NCBI GenBank assembly: GCA_017514105.1
Contig: JAFWKY010000015.1
Coordinates: 20,834 to 84,833, forward strand
Direction: 5' to 3'
Source of the DNA: Candidatus Saccharimonadota bacterium
GTDB lineage: Bacteria > Patescibacteriota > Saccharimonadia > Saccharimonadales > Saccharimonadaceae
Length of the DNA: 64,000 nucleotides
Shown here piece by piece: positions 26,680 to 39,276 of this stretch (its first letter is position 1; each line of letters starts with the position of its first letter). The position numbers were made by a program, and so were the translations under genes. A model generated the notes under the pieces. It worked only from the letters and a program-made list of their open reading frames with translations, was not told the origin of the DNA and did not search any database.

Positions 26680-28623
26680 TTAGTGCCCGTTTTTCAAATC
26701 GGTTATTAGCCCACGCGCCTTCAGATAATGTTCCAAAGAATCGTACTCGCCACCATTGTATTTACCCGTTGCAATATCTGTCGCGGCATCTATACCTACG
26801 AAACGGTAATGCCACGTTTCAAACAGTCCAGTGGAACCATTTTCATCTACATTTGCTGGCTGGCTCATCGGTCCACCGGCCCATTCGTATGGGAACCTAT
26901 CAATAAAGCCATATTTGTACGAATTAGCGCGCAACCATTGCCAGTCAATATGCTGGTCGTAGGTATCTGTATCGAGCGAAGTGCCATAAACTGGGTCCAA
27001 CAAATCGCAAGTTAGTCCAGTATGGTGATCACTTGTTCCGGTGGCCGCACAAAGTCTCCCACAAGTGGTGCCACGTGCGCGGAAACATGAACGCGTCTCC
27101 AACGTATGACCAGGATATTCTGCTTCGTATGCTCTTACCATATCATTGATATGTGTCGCTGCTTCTGGGTCTAATAAGTTATCACCGTTATAAGGGTTAC
27201 CCTCCACTATTCCGTATAACTCAGAAATGCTCACGAGTTCTTCTCTGCGCGCAGCAATAAAATCTGTATCTACTGTAAAATTAGGATTGACCAACATTAA
27301 ATAGCCAAAACCAATTGTGGGATTATCTGACGCGGCATTGGTTATCGCGTGCAACTTCGCATTCTCCTCGGCCAAAATCTCTTCAGCTGTCTTTTCTTTC
27401 ACTTCTTCTTCGTCTTTTGCTTCTTCTTTAACATCAGAAGCGGCGCTTTGACTTTTCTCGTATTTCCAACCAAAAACGTGCTTAATCCTATCCAACAATG
27501 TTGGCGCGCCCTGGTAGTTTTTCGCGGTAACGTTTGTCTCGTAATCAGAATTGCCAACCCTGATTGCGAGGCTTCCTTTTTCTTCGTCCATCGAGACATC
27601 AAAAGATTTTTGTTCTGTATCCCAGTTTAATATACTAATCGGGCTATCGGTCCGAATCGGCATATCTTCACTCCACCAACTTTCGTAGTGCGCGACAGTT
27701 TGGTCTTGTCCCAAAATTTGTTCCGATTTTATCGCTGACTGAAGTTTTTTAATTATATCCAGACTATCGTCAAAAGAAGTACGGCGCGTCGGTGCACCGA
27801 GCAAGGCAACCGTAATAATATGCCCGTCTTCGTCGTAACCAGAAATTAGACAATATCCTGATGCGTCACCGATATATCCAGTCTTAATTCCGTTTATGCG
27901 ATTCTCGCCGAGTAAACCATTTGTATTAGTTATGGTTCCCGCCACCGGCACATCATGATACTTTGTACCGACAATCTCAGCGAGAATAGGCTCCTTCATC
28001 ACATAATAGCCAATTTTTGCCAAATCTTCCGCCGTACTGGTGGTTCCTGCATTATAGCCACTAGCATCCGGACCGATTTCGGTGTTCGTAATTCCCATTT
28101 CATGCAACATATCCGTCGCGTATTTTTGGTAGTTTTCTAACGAACCAAAAGCCCAAATCGCAAGCGTGTCGGCCATATTGTTGCTGGATGCTAGTAGCAT
28201 TGAAGCCAAGGCGTCATACTCGCTAATTTCTTCGCCAACTTCCACGCGCGTGTTTGAACCATTGTTGTTGTAATACCAATCATATAAATCATAAAAATCG
28301 TTAGTTATAGTAATTGTTTCACCACTTTCGCCAAGATTAAAAGGTTTTTCTCGCATAACGGCAAGTGCAGAAATCATTTTCGCTGTACTAGCGGTCGGCT
28401 GAATATCGTCGTTCTTTTTGTCAACCACTAAGCCATCTATTGCTACAGCATAATTACTATAGTCAATCTGCGAAGTTCCGTTTAGATCATTTCCGCTAGG
28501 CAAACTATAATCAACTACGAGTTTTAACTCTGTGTCCATAGTAACAATACTAACTACAAACCAAGTCAAAAAAGCAACAATTACAAACGTCAGCCCAAGC
28601 AGCAATAATTTATTTTTTCGCAT
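26680..28623 (-). CDS. D-Ala-D-Ala carboxypeptidase: S11 serine domain fused to a VanY/M15B zinc domain
   Basis: STAK, SNN and KTG motifs; C-terminal SDHHTGLTCD and ETWHYRFVG. Confidence 0.8.
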   Translation of the reverse strand: MRKNKLLLLGLTFVIVAFLTWFVVSIVTMDTELKLVVDYSLPSGNDLNGTSQIDYSNYAVAIDGLVVDKKNDDIQPTASTAKMISALAVMREKPFNLGESGETITITNDFYDLYDWYYNNNGSNTRVEVGEEISEYDALASMLLASSNNMADTLAIWAFGSLENYQKYATDMLHEMGITNTEIGPDASGYNAGTTSTAEDLAKIGYYVMKEPILAEIVGTKYHDVPVAGTITNTNGLLGENRINGIKTGYIGDASGYCLISGYDEDGHIITVALLGAPTRRTSFDDSLDIIKKLQSAIKSEQILGQDQTVAHYESWWSEDMPIRTDSPISILNWDTEQKSFDVSMDEEKGSLAIRVGNSDYETNVTAKNYQGAPTLLDRIKHVFGWKYEKSQSAASDVKEEAKDEEEVKEKTAEEILAEENAKLHAITNAASDNPTIGFGYLMLVNPNFTVDTDFIAARREELVSISELYGIVEGNPYNGDNLLDPEAATHINDMVRAYEAEYPGHTLETRSCFRARGTTCGRLCAATGTSDHHTGLTCDLLDPVYGTSLDTDTYDQHIDWQWLRANSYKYGFIDRFPYEWAGGPMSQPANVDENGSTGLFETWHYRFVGIDAATDIATGKYNGGEYDSLEHYLKARGLITDLKNGH

Positions 28624-29677
28624 TCTTCCCTCCGCGGGCTCGTCGCTTTTCTATTTGCATAGAAGAATAAGTAATTAGTCCCATTATAATATATATATAA
28701 TATGACAAAAAACGCCAAAATAGCATAGCCCAGAATACATAGCCTCGTGACAAAGCAGAAAACACTATATAGAAAGTTCCCTCTGCCGCGCCAGAATTAC
28801 CAGGTGTCGGGATGAAGTAGACGGCAGACATCACCGCGGTCGTCAATACGAAGCACTGCATAAAATCCATTTGTCCACCAAAAGCAGTTAACAAGAAATA
28901 CGGAATTGACGCCGTCAGTATATTAAATACCAACGAAATTGCAATTGTTGCCGGGAAAAGACCGCGTTTTTTCAGAATTAATTTCACTGAGTGTACATAT
29001 TCGCCGATCTCGCGCTCGGTTTTTTCAAGTGACTTATCGCGATCTTTAATAATGTGAATTTTTGCGAAAAATTTAATGATGAGTTGCACGATTTTGGTCG
29101 TAACTTTTGGAAAGAAAGTTGCCATACCGATAGTTACTGGCCAAAAAGCATAGAACAACAAACCAAACCACGCCGTAACGGCCAGCGCAGGATTTTCTTG
29201 CATCACATTTCCAAAAAGAAAACAAAGTATCGCAATAATCACGAAAGCGATTTGCAAAGAAATCATACCAAAAATCGGTATCGTCGTTGCGAGACCAGTT
29301 GCTATTCCAGCGTTCCTGCGCAAATAATAAATCTGGAATGGTTGTCCACCTACTGCTGCTGGCGTGATGTTGTCATAATATCTACCTAGCAACACCGTCC
29401 GTCTGGCAAGTTTCCAGCCTTTGTTTCGGTCGATTTTTGGCGCCATCTTACGAATCATTAACGCATACTTGCCGATTTCGAGTGTAATCGCGATCACGAA
29501 ACACAGCACCGCCGGAATTAACAGCCACCATTTAATATGTACTTCCGATAACTCCACCGCTTCGCGCGAGTTGCCAAATTCGTTCACCGCCGTAATGGCA
29601 ATTACTGCAACATTTAGCGCAACAAAACCTAAGGTCAACAAAATCTTCTTCAGGTTTTTATGACTTTTTGGCTTCAT
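28610..29677 (-). CDS. UPF0104/LPG-synthase-TM flippase-like membrane protein
   Basis: ITPAAVGGQP, PTPGNSGAAE, WRFLSYY. Confidence 0.8.
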   Translation of the reverse strand: MKPKSHKNLKKILLTLGFVALNVAVIAITAVNEFGNSREAVELSEVHIKWWLLIPAVLCFVIAITLEIGKYALMIRKMAPKIDRNKGWKLARRTVLLGRYYDNITPAAVGGQPFQIYYLRRNAGIATGLATTIPIFGMISLQIAFVIIAILCFLFGNVMQENPALAVTAWFGLLFYAFWPVTIGMATFFPKVTTKIVQLIIKFFAKIHIIKDRDKSLEKTEREIGEYVHSVKLILKKRGLFPATIAISLVFNILTASIPYFLLTAFGGQMDFMQCFVLTTAVMSAVYFIPTPGNSGAAEGTFYIVFSALSRGYVFWAMLFWRFLSYYIYIIMGLITYSSMQIEKRRARGGKNAKK

Positions 29678-30790
29678 TTATTGTTTTCTTGCGGCTTTAA
29701 TTTTTGGATATTCATCCACGAGTACACGAATACAGCCAGCAATCGGAATTGCCACGATAGCACCGAGCAACCCAAACATATACATACCGATAATCACCGC
29801 AGACAGAATCGCCACAGCAGGAAGGTTCAATGCGCTTCCCTGAATCTTCGGCGAGATGACGTTGTTCTCGATTTGTGCATATACTATATATATTATAGCG
29901 AAAATCACCGCCGCAACTGGGTTGGAGAAAAACAGTATCACCGTCACCAAGGTACCGCCAATAAATTGTCCGAACATTGGAATCAAATAGAATAACATTG
30001 TAATCAACCCCATCGGAATCGCAATCGATGATTCTACATTCCCCATGAAGAGAGACAAGATAAAGACAATTAGTGCAGACGCACAACCATCAAGCGCAGC
30101 GATAATTACCTGACGTGAAACGTAAGTAGAGATTACATTTGCCATCTTTGACAAGACATTCCTTGCCACACCGACTGATTTTTTGTTGTCTTCGGATGCG
30201 GCAATATTTTTCCAGAAGTTGTCGAGCAGTTCTGGTCCTTCCAGCAAGAATAGCAACGTGAGAACCAAAATCAAAACCACCTTCATCACGATGTCGGCTA
30301 TACTGCTAACACTTGAAAGCAAATTATTACCCAAGATGCCCAGTAAGTTGTTGGACAAAGAATTTAACGCATTGGTAATTTCAGCGTGAAGATCGGAAAT
30401 ACCAAAATTGCGACCAAAGGCATTGACTCCTTCCCAACCGCCAAAGGTATTTTCAAACGTTTCCGGAAAATGATGGATAAACTTGGAGGTTTCATTTACC
30501 ACGACCGGCCCGACAATTGCAATAATCGTACCAATTACCAAGACAACAATTAAATATGCGAGCGCCGCAGAAAGTGTCTGATGTTTTTTCTCGGCACCAA
30601 ACATTTTCTTGAATAAGTTGTTTACCCAGCGCACTAGCGGCTTTAATGCCAAAGCCAAGAAAATTGAAATCCCGATGATAATAAGTCCAGTCAAAGCCTG
30701 ATAAATCACAAAAATAGCAATCCCGATACCCAACGGAACTAGCCAGAATTTTACAAACGTCCTAAGATCTGTCTCTATTGTCTTAGCCAT
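29678..30790 (-). CDS. AI-2E family transporter
   Basis: IPMFG, QIENNVISPKI, GLLGAIVAIP. Confidence 0.85.
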   Translation of the reverse strand: MAKTIETDLRTFVKFWLVPLGIGIAIFVIYQALTGLIIIGISIFLALALKPLVRWVNNLFKKMFGAEKKHQTLSAALAYLIVVLVIGTIIAIVGPVVVNETSKFIHHFPETFENTFGGWEGVNAFGRNFGISDLHAEITNALNSLSNNLLGILGNNLLSSVSSIADIVMKVVLILVLTLLFLLEGPELLDNFWKNIAASEDNKKSVGVARNVLSKMANVISTYVSRQVIIAALDGCASALIVFILSLFMGNVESSIAIPMGLITMLFYLIPMFGQFIGGTLVTVILFFSNPVAAVIFAIIYIVYAQIENNVISPKIQGSALNLPAVAILSAVIIGMYMFGLLGAIVAIPIAGCIRVLVDEYPKIKAARKQ

Positions 30791-30832
30791 AAGCCTCCTT
30801 TTATGATATAATTATAACACAGTTTTTGAATA

Positions 30833-31399
30833 ATGAAAAAAGTTTTAATGCACACTTGCTGCGCTCCGTGCAGCGTATATTGTATAGATTCTCTTCGCGC
30901 CGAAGGAATTGAGCCGGTAATTTTTTGGTACAACCCAAACATCCATCCATACATAGAATACAAAACCCGTCGTGACTGTCTCAAAGATTACGCCGCGAAA
31001 GTCGGCGCCAAAATCATCATCAAAGAAGAATACGGCCTAGTAGAGCACTGCCAAAAATCTTTAGAAGATTTGGAAAATCGTTGCGTTAAATATTGTTATG
31101 TCAAACGTCTCACGGAAGCCGTGCGTTATGCCGCCGAACACGGCTATGATGCTTTTACGACTACCTTGCTCGTCTCGCCATATCAAAAACACGACGAACT
31201 AAAAGCGCTCTGCGAGCAATTGGCGGCGATGAGCGGTGTGGAATTCATCTACCGCGATTTTCGTGTCGGCTACCGCGAAGGCCAGACCAAAGCGCGCGAA
31301 CTAGGACTTTATATGCAAAAATACTGCGGCTGTATTTTCTCCGAAGAAGATCGTTACAAAAAACAGATTTTGCGAGACAAAAGTCAGAGCGAAGCGTAA
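30833..31399 (+). CDS. queH: Epoxyqueuosine reductase QueH (DUF208)
   Basis: HTCCAPCS, YNPNIHP, TTLLVSP, QKYCGC. Confidence 0.9.
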   Translation: MKKVLMHTCCAPCSVYCIDSLRAEGIEPVIFWYNPNIHPYIEYKTRRDCLKDYAAKVGAKIIIKEEYGLVEHCQKSLEDLENRCVKYCYVKRLTEAVRYAAEHGYDAFTTTLLVSPYQKHDELKALCEQLAAMSGVEFIYRDFRVGYREGQTKARELGLYMQKYCGCIFSEEDRYKKQILRDKSQSEA

Positions 31400-31444
31400 A
31401 GCCACGTTTTCATAAAGATGAGAAATATGGTATAATATATAGAC

Positions 31445-33663
<2,219 letters not shown>

Positions 33664-33808
33664 TATAAAGTTACCGAACTCAGTAATGCAAATTATCATC
33701 ATATAAAGGCTGCATAGCATCACTTAGTACTCTTGTTGTTTCGCAGTGTTAGTGTTACAATATAAACATAAGAAAAGCGCCTCTAGGAAACGCCTTTCTG
33801 TTTGGGTT

Positions 33809-33839
33809 AATCTAACTAGCAATGCTAGTTAGATTTTTT
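33809..33839 (+). terminator. Intrinsic terminator
   Basis: aatctaactagc-aat-gctagttagatt followed by a T run. Confidence 0.7.
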
Positions 33840-34044
33840 CTTTGGTGCGGATTTCCGCCTAGAAATTATGATACTTATAAGACTAATCTGTAAGGTCATT
33901 TAATCATCCTTTCTGGCAACCTAGTCACCTAGAACAACCGTTTAATGGTTACCTCACACCGCGCAAACATTACTATTTGTGCTGCAGAACCACTAAACCA
34001 CGCACTTGGAGTTGACGCCATCTTCTCTACATTCTCCAAAATTT

Positions 34045-35388
34045 CTACCTCAAATATCCCCACACCTGCCCATCTGCGGTGTCTTTCACGCTGATTCCAG
34101 CAAGCGCGAGTTTGTCGCGAATCTCATCAGATTTGGTAAAATCCTTCTTTGCACGCGCCTCGGCACGTTCTTTTAGGAGTGCGTAGTATTCTTCCGCAAT
34201 ATCAGGCGTGTCTGCAACCAACCTTAGTCCAAACAACTCGTCTATCTTTTTCCAGTCGCTGAGTGACAACCGAGAATTATCAATTACGGCAAAGGCTTCC
34301 GCGGAATTAAGATCGTCATTTACTGCTGCAAGTGTACGTTCGTACGCTCCATCAGAAGTGTCGTCAATTCCCTGCCGGCACATAGCAATGCGATTCCGCC
34401 AGGCTAATCTCCTAGCGCGCGCGGCATCCAGGCTTTCAAAAGTAAAGTTTCGCGTGCCAGAGTAATGACCCTGTAATACCCACATTTTGTAGTCCATTGG
34501 CGAGAATCCACGTTCCGCGAGATCGTCCAAGGTGTAGACATTCCCGAGCGATTTGGAAATTTTTTCTCCGTCTATCGTAATAAAATTACAATGTAGCCAG
34601 TATTTTGCGAGCGCTCGCCCACTCATAGCGAAAGTTTGCGCGATTTCGTTGGTGTGGTGCACTGGGATGTGGTCTATTCCGCCAGTGTGAATATCTATCG
34701 GCTCGCCTAGTTCTTCGTGAATAATCGTTGAACACTCCAAGTGCCAACCCGGATATCCAGGGCGGCCTAGATAGTCCCAGCGCATCGCGTGCTTCTCGCC
34801 CGGCTTGATAAACTTCCAGACTGCAAAGTCCGAAGCGTTGCGCTTTTCGTTGGAAAACCCGACGCGCGCTCCGGCCTGCAACCCAGACAAGTCCAACCTA
34901 CCGAACTCTGCATATTTGTCAAATTTCGCTGTGTCAAAATACACGCCGTCTTCTGTTTCGTAAGTAAAACCGTTCTTGGTCATCTCGTCCACTGCGCGCA
35001 TGTCTGCCTCTACGTAATCGGTCGCGTGTGCTATCACGTCTGGCCGCAGCAGTTCTAATGCATCATAATTCCGCAGAAAATCATCACCGTAGAACTTGGC
35101 GATTTCCCATACGCTGCGACCTTCGCGCGCTGCACCTTTTTCTAATTTGTCTTCGCCTTCGTCGCCGTCTGACACCAGATGCCCTACGTCGGTGAAGTTG
35201 AGTACGCGCTTTACCTTGTAGCCATCCGCTCGCAAAGTTCTCACTAGCAGATCCCAATAAACATACGCCGCATAATTGCCAATATGCTGAAAATTGTAGA
35301 CAGTTGGTCCGCAAGTATAGATTTTTACAACGTCGCCGAGTGGCTTGAATTCTTCGTACTTTCGCGTCAGAGTATTATTTAGTTTCAT
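34045..35388 (-). CDS. cysS: Cysteine--tRNA ligase
   Basis: CGPTVY, HIGN, PGWHLECS, GGIDH, KISKS. Confidence 0.95.
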   Translation of the reverse strand: MKLNNTLTRKYEEFKPLGDVVKIYTCGPTVYNFQHIGNYAAYVYWDLLVRTLRADGYKVKRVLNFTDVGHLVSDGDEGEDKLEKGAAREGRSVWEIAKFYGDDFLRNYDALELLRPDVIAHATDYVEADMRAVDEMTKNGFTYETEDGVYFDTAKFDKYAEFGRLDLSGLQAGARVGFSNEKRNASDFAVWKFIKPGEKHAMRWDYLGRPGYPGWHLECSTIIHEELGEPIDIHTGGIDHIPVHHTNEIAQTFAMSGRALAKYWLHCNFITIDGEKISKSLGNVYTLDDLAERGFSPMDYKMWVLQGHYSGTRNFTFESLDAARARRLAWRNRIAMCRQGIDDTSDGAYERTLAAVNDDLNSAEAFAVIDNSRLSLSDWKKIDELFGLRLVADTPDIAEEYYALLKERAEARAKKDFTKSDEIRDKLALAGISVKDTADGQVWGYLR

Positions 35389-36136
35389 TTACGGTGTTCT
35401 CCAGAATCTCGACCAACTTTATGTATTTATCACGCGACACGCTGTGTCCGCCACTAGTTTTTATGGCGGTAATGTTTGGATTCAATTTCAAAATACCCGG
35501 TATATTAAATGGCGCGATAATCGTGTCCATATCACCATAAATCAACACTGTAGGTTTTGTCAAACGGCGCAAGAAACTGTAGTTGTTTGGATTTGAAACG
35601 ATATTTTTCAACTCATTGTTGAATGCTTTGTCTGTTAGGATGTCTTTGTTCTTGCTCGAAACTGCAGCCCGAAAACCGTCCAAAGCCTTTTCAAACATCG
35701 GATTCTTTACGTCCTCTTCGCGATAAATCGGCGCCGAAATCAAAATCAACTTCTTTACTGTGCGACGATGCGTGTCGGCATAGCGCGTCGCGATCATCGT
35801 GCCCATTGAATGCCCGACCAGCACCACAGGCGTCTTTAATTTCAAATCATTAATTGCATTCTCCAGTGCAAAAAGTTGTTCCGTAAAATCATAATTCAAT
35901 TTATCAGATTTATAAGACTGCCCTGCGCCGAGTAAATCGTATGCCACAAAACGGATATTTTGTAGAGATTTCGTTCCTTCCAGATATGATAATGCGCTGT
36001 TGAATGTCGAAGAATCAGAGGCAATACCATGCAAAAATATCACAGTCAACTCCGGCTGGCCACTCGGACAGACATCATGCGTCTTTGTTAGTTTTAGTGG
36101 ACGGTTAAATAATCCATGCGTCAGTTTACTACTCAT
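35375..36136 (-). CDS. Alpha/beta hydrolase
   Basis: LHGI, GHSMG, D and H triad residues; start reset to 36136. Confidence 0.85.
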   Translation of the reverse strand: MSSKLTHGLFNRPLKLTKTHDVCPSGQPELTVIFLHGIASDSSTFNSALSYLEGTKSLQNIRFVAYDLLGAGQSYKSDKLNYDFTEQLFALENAINDLKLKTPVVLVGHSMGTMIATRYADTHRRTVKKLILISAPIYREEDVKNPMFEKALDGFRAAVSSKNKDILTDKAFNNELKNIVSNPNNYSFLRRLTKPTVLIYGDMDTIIAPFNIPGILKLNPNITAIKTSGGHSVSRDKYIKLVEILENTVNETK

Positions 36137-37118
36137 TTGCAGCTCCTTCCAATAAACCTGGTACAATTTTTACTAAATCTGCCACTACATCATCGTAGCT
36201 CATATCATAAGTTCTAAACCCAGCGGCATATTGATGACCACCACCGCCAAAATATCCAGCGATCGCCTCTGCTACTGGCGCATCCGAAGAGCAGCGAATC
36301 TTACCAGTGACTTTGCCATCCGGATAAGTCTTTACCGCAACTGCCACTCGCACGCCCTCCACCAGCCGCAATTCCTCCAGAATCAAAACATTCGGGTTGT
36401 ACTCGTCGGAATATTCCTGAATATCTTCCCAAGGAATATGTACAGTCGCCAGTGCACCGTCAAGCGCATACTCTATACGATGAATTAAATCTGCCTTGTA
36501 GTCCAAAATGCGCGGAGATTTTTTCATAAATTCGCGACGTTTTTCTTCAAGCACGCTGATTACGGCGCCACACTCTGCTAGTTCTGCCATTACCCGGAAA
36601 GTATGCGCAGTCACAGACGAACTGGTGAGCCCTAGAGTGTCAGACATAATTCCCTGCATAATTGCTTCTGCTGCGGGCTTTGTTATCTCCATTTTTTGGT
36701 CTTTTGCGATATCATAAATCAACTCTGTGCACGACGGACGGTCTTCTATAATACTCTCGTGTGGGAAGTCCAAGTCGTCTTCCGTCTCGTGATGGTCTAT
36801 TACAAATACAGGCGCCGTGTACAACCTATTTCTAATCGCAGTGTCTTCCAATAGTTTTGACAATAACACAGTCGCCGCCGTATCCACAATAATATATCCG
36901 TCAGCGCGGTAGTCAAAATCTTCCGTCACCCTAGACCAATCTTCAAAATAATGTAAATATTTCGGAATGTCAATCGGACAGTACATACTGACCTCTTGGT
37001 CTTTCAGCAAATAATCTAGCGCAACTGCCGAACCCAACGAATCACCGTCTGGATTTTCTGCTTGAATAACACAAATTGTCTTCTTATCCTTAATAAACTC
37101 AGAAAATTTTTGATACAT
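36129..37118 (-). CDS. DHH-family phosphoesterase (NrnA-like)
   Basis: PDGDS, VDTA, DHH, GGGGH..AAG. Confidence 0.9.
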   Translation of the reverse strand: MYQKFSEFIKDKKTICVIQAENPDGDSLGSAVALDYLLKDQEVSMYCPIDIPKYLHYFEDWSRVTEDFDYRADGYIIVDTAATVLLSKLLEDTAIRNRLYTAPVFVIDHHETEDDLDFPHESIIEDRPSCTELIYDIAKDQKMEITKPAAEAIMQGIMSDTLGLTSSSVTAHTFRVMAELAECGAVISVLEEKRREFMKKSPRILDYKADLIHRIEYALDGALATVHIPWEDIQEYSDEYNPNVLILEELRLVEGVRVAVAVKTYPDGKVTGKIRCSSDAPVAEAIAGYFGGGGHQYAAGFRTYDMSYDDVVADLVKIVPGLLEGAANE

Positions 37119-37156
37119 GTATATATTATACCTTATTTTGTGCTAAAATATAATAT

Positions 37157-37588
37157 ATGTGCCTATTACACGCTAACAAAAAATTTGAACGCTTTGAAGA
37201 TGTTACTCCTGAAATACTCAAAAAAGAAAACGTCAAACTTTTGTTATGCGACTTAGATAATACACTTCGTCTCCATTCCGAGAAAGAACCGGCTGACGCT
37301 CTCCACGACTGGGTTGCCGAATGTAAAAAAGCCGGAGTCAAAATCGTCGTGATCTCCAACAACGGTCGCAAAAAAATGATGAAGAAATTCTGCAAGCCTC
37401 TCGATATTCCTTGTGTCTGGTGGGCAAAAAAGCCAGTCTCCACCAAACTTACCGAGGCTATGAAAAAATATCACTTCAGGCCCGAAGAAACAGTCATGCT
37501 GGGTGACAAGTGGTCCACTGATGTTCTAGCCGCCAAGTTTGCCAAAGTTCGCGCCTGGAAAGTAGATCATCGTCGTAACATTGTTTAA
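37157..37588 (+). CDS. YqeG-family HAD IIIA phosphatase
   Basis: DLDNTL, SNN, KKP, GDKWSTD. Confidence 0.85.
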   Translation: MCLLHANKKFERFEDVTPEILKKENVKLLLCDLDNTLRLHSEKEPADALHDWVAECKKAGVKIVVISNNGRKKMMKKFCKPLDIPCVWWAKKPVSTKLTEAMKKYHFRPEETVMLGDKWSTDVLAAKFAKVRAWKVDHRRNIV

Positions 37589-37642
37589 TGTCGCATGGTT
37601 CATCATTCGCTAGCTACGTCGCAACTGCATAAAATCGTACCC

Positions 37643-38323
37643 CTAGAAGATATATCCGAGCAATAGCAATACTGATGACGCAAATGCGATAGAGTCAAGT
37701 CTATCCAAAAAACCGCCGTGCCCTTCCGAACCTCCTACCAGGTATTCCAGTCCACGGAAAAACTTTAATTTGAACACAATTTCGTTGGAATCTTTGACGT
37801 GGAATTGTCGCTTCAAGTAACTCTCAAACAAATCGCCAATTACTGCCAGCGGTCCGCAAAACAAGAAAAATAGATCATCTTCCTTGGTGACAGCCATATA
37901 GACTCCTACGGCCAACATCGAACAAACAATACCAAATATCGTTCCTTCCCACGTCTTGTTTTTGGATATGGATGGGAATGGACGTGATTTGCCGAAAATT
38001 TTCCCACCGAACAATTTTCCAAAGATATACGCACAGGTATCATAACCACAGACACCAAGCACGATATACCAAAAGTCGTGCAAGTCCGTCCGCGTCATAA
38101 ATATGATGCTTCCCACCAGAAAAATCAATTCAATAACCGCCAGAATCATTCCTAGCGTCGTGACTTTTTTTGTAAAAAAACTAAACAGCTCAATGGCCGC
38201 CATTAGCGCAAACAAAGTATAGAGAATCTTGAACGGAAAACCATTAAAAGTATAAAGTGAAACCACAGCAACGATTAACATCCCGATACCAACAATAATT
38301 CGCACCTTTAGGTTCCTGCTCAT
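37643..38323 (-). CDS. cdsA: Phosphatidate cytidylyltransferase
   Basis: DTCAY, SKNKTWEG, GDLFESYLKR..VKD, HGGFLDRLDS. Confidence 0.9.
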   Translation of the reverse strand: MSRNLKVRIIVGIGMLIVAVVSLYTFNGFPFKILYTLFALMAAIELFSFFTKKVTTLGMILAVIELIFLVGSIIFMTRTDLHDFWYIVLGVCGYDTCAYIFGKLFGGKIFGKSRPFPSISKNKTWEGTIFGIVCSMLAVGVYMAVTKEDDLFFLFCGPLAVIGDLFESYLKRQFHVKDSNEIVFKLKFFRGLEYLVGGSEGHGGFLDRLDSIAFASSVLLLLGYIF

Positions 38324-38370
38324 AACCTAATTATATCATACGCGCCTGGTTATAGTTAAATGATTTGCTT

Positions 38371-38976
38371 TTACAAATTCGTGCGATTCTCTAGTGCTGC
38401 CGAAATCGTAATTTGGTCCGCATACGAGATATCTACGCCAAGTGGCAAACCACGCGCTAATCGGGTTAGTTTTAGGCTAGGCTTGGCAGAATGAAGAATT
38501 TTTTCCAAATACAGTGCAGTAGACTCACCTTCCACCGAAGGGTTAGTTGCTATAATAATCTCTTTAACATCATCATCTTCGGTGCGCTTTACCAATTCTT
38601 TGATATGCAATTGGTCGGGAGTGATACCATCAATTGGCGAAATCGCTCCTCCAAGCACGTGATAAGTTCCAGAAAAAGCCTTAGCCTGCTCTATCGCATA
38701 AATATCTAACGGTTCTTCTACAACGAGAACCGTCGTCTTGTCGCGCTCCGGATCAGTGTACAGTGGTGAAAAATCCTCATCAGCACTAATCAAAGCAAAA
38801 GTCACCGGGCAATATTTAATTCCAGCATGAAGGCCCGCTAGTGCCGAAGAAATGTTTTCTGAAATCTGTGGATCAGACTTAAAAAGAAAATAAGCATACC
38901 GCTCTGCGGTTCGTGAGCCCACTCCAGGCAAGGCGCCAAGTGCATCTATGACGTTCAACAAAGCCTTTGGAAGCAT
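38371..38976 (-). CDS. recR: Recombination mediator RecR (zinc finger degenerate)
   Basis: LPGVGSRTAER, YHVLGG, NPSVEGE, YAD. Confidence 0.9.
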   Translation of the reverse strand: MLPKALLNVIDALGALPGVGSRTAERYAYFLFKSDPQISENISSALAGLHAGIKYCPVTFALISADEDFSPLYTDPERDKTTVLVVEEPLDIYAIEQAKAFSGTYHVLGGAISPIDGITPDQLHIKELVKRTEDDDVKEIIIATNPSVEGESTALYLEKILHSAKPSLKLTRLARGLPLGVDISYADQITISAALENRTNL

Positions 38977-38978
38977 TT

Positions 38979-39275
38979 CTATAGTCCAAGGCCAGAAAGA
39001 CCACCCATCAAAGGTTTCATTTTGTCGGTTGCGATTTCTTGTGCTTTGGCAAAGCCATCACGCATACAGTTCTCAATCCAACGCTCTAGTTCGTGAATAT
39101 CGTCAAGGTCAATCTTTTCTGGATCTATCGTGACCTTCTTTACTTTGAGTTCGCCGTTAATCTGCACAACCACTGCGCCGTCACCGGCTTCAACTTCTAC
39201 GATTTCGTTCTTGAGTTCTTTTTGTGCTTTACGAAGCTCGTTTAGAAGCTTCATTTGGTCCATTCTCTGTCCCAT
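38979..39275 (-). CDS. ybaB: YbaB/EbfC nucleoid-associated protein
   Basis: AGDGAV..NG motif; adjacent to recR. Confidence 0.85.
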   Translation of the reverse strand: MGQRMDQMKLLNELRKAQKELKNEIVEVEAGDGAVVVQINGELKVKKVTIDPEKIDLDDIHELERWIENCMRDGFAKAQEIATDKMKPLMGGLSGLGL

Positions 39276-39276
39276 T

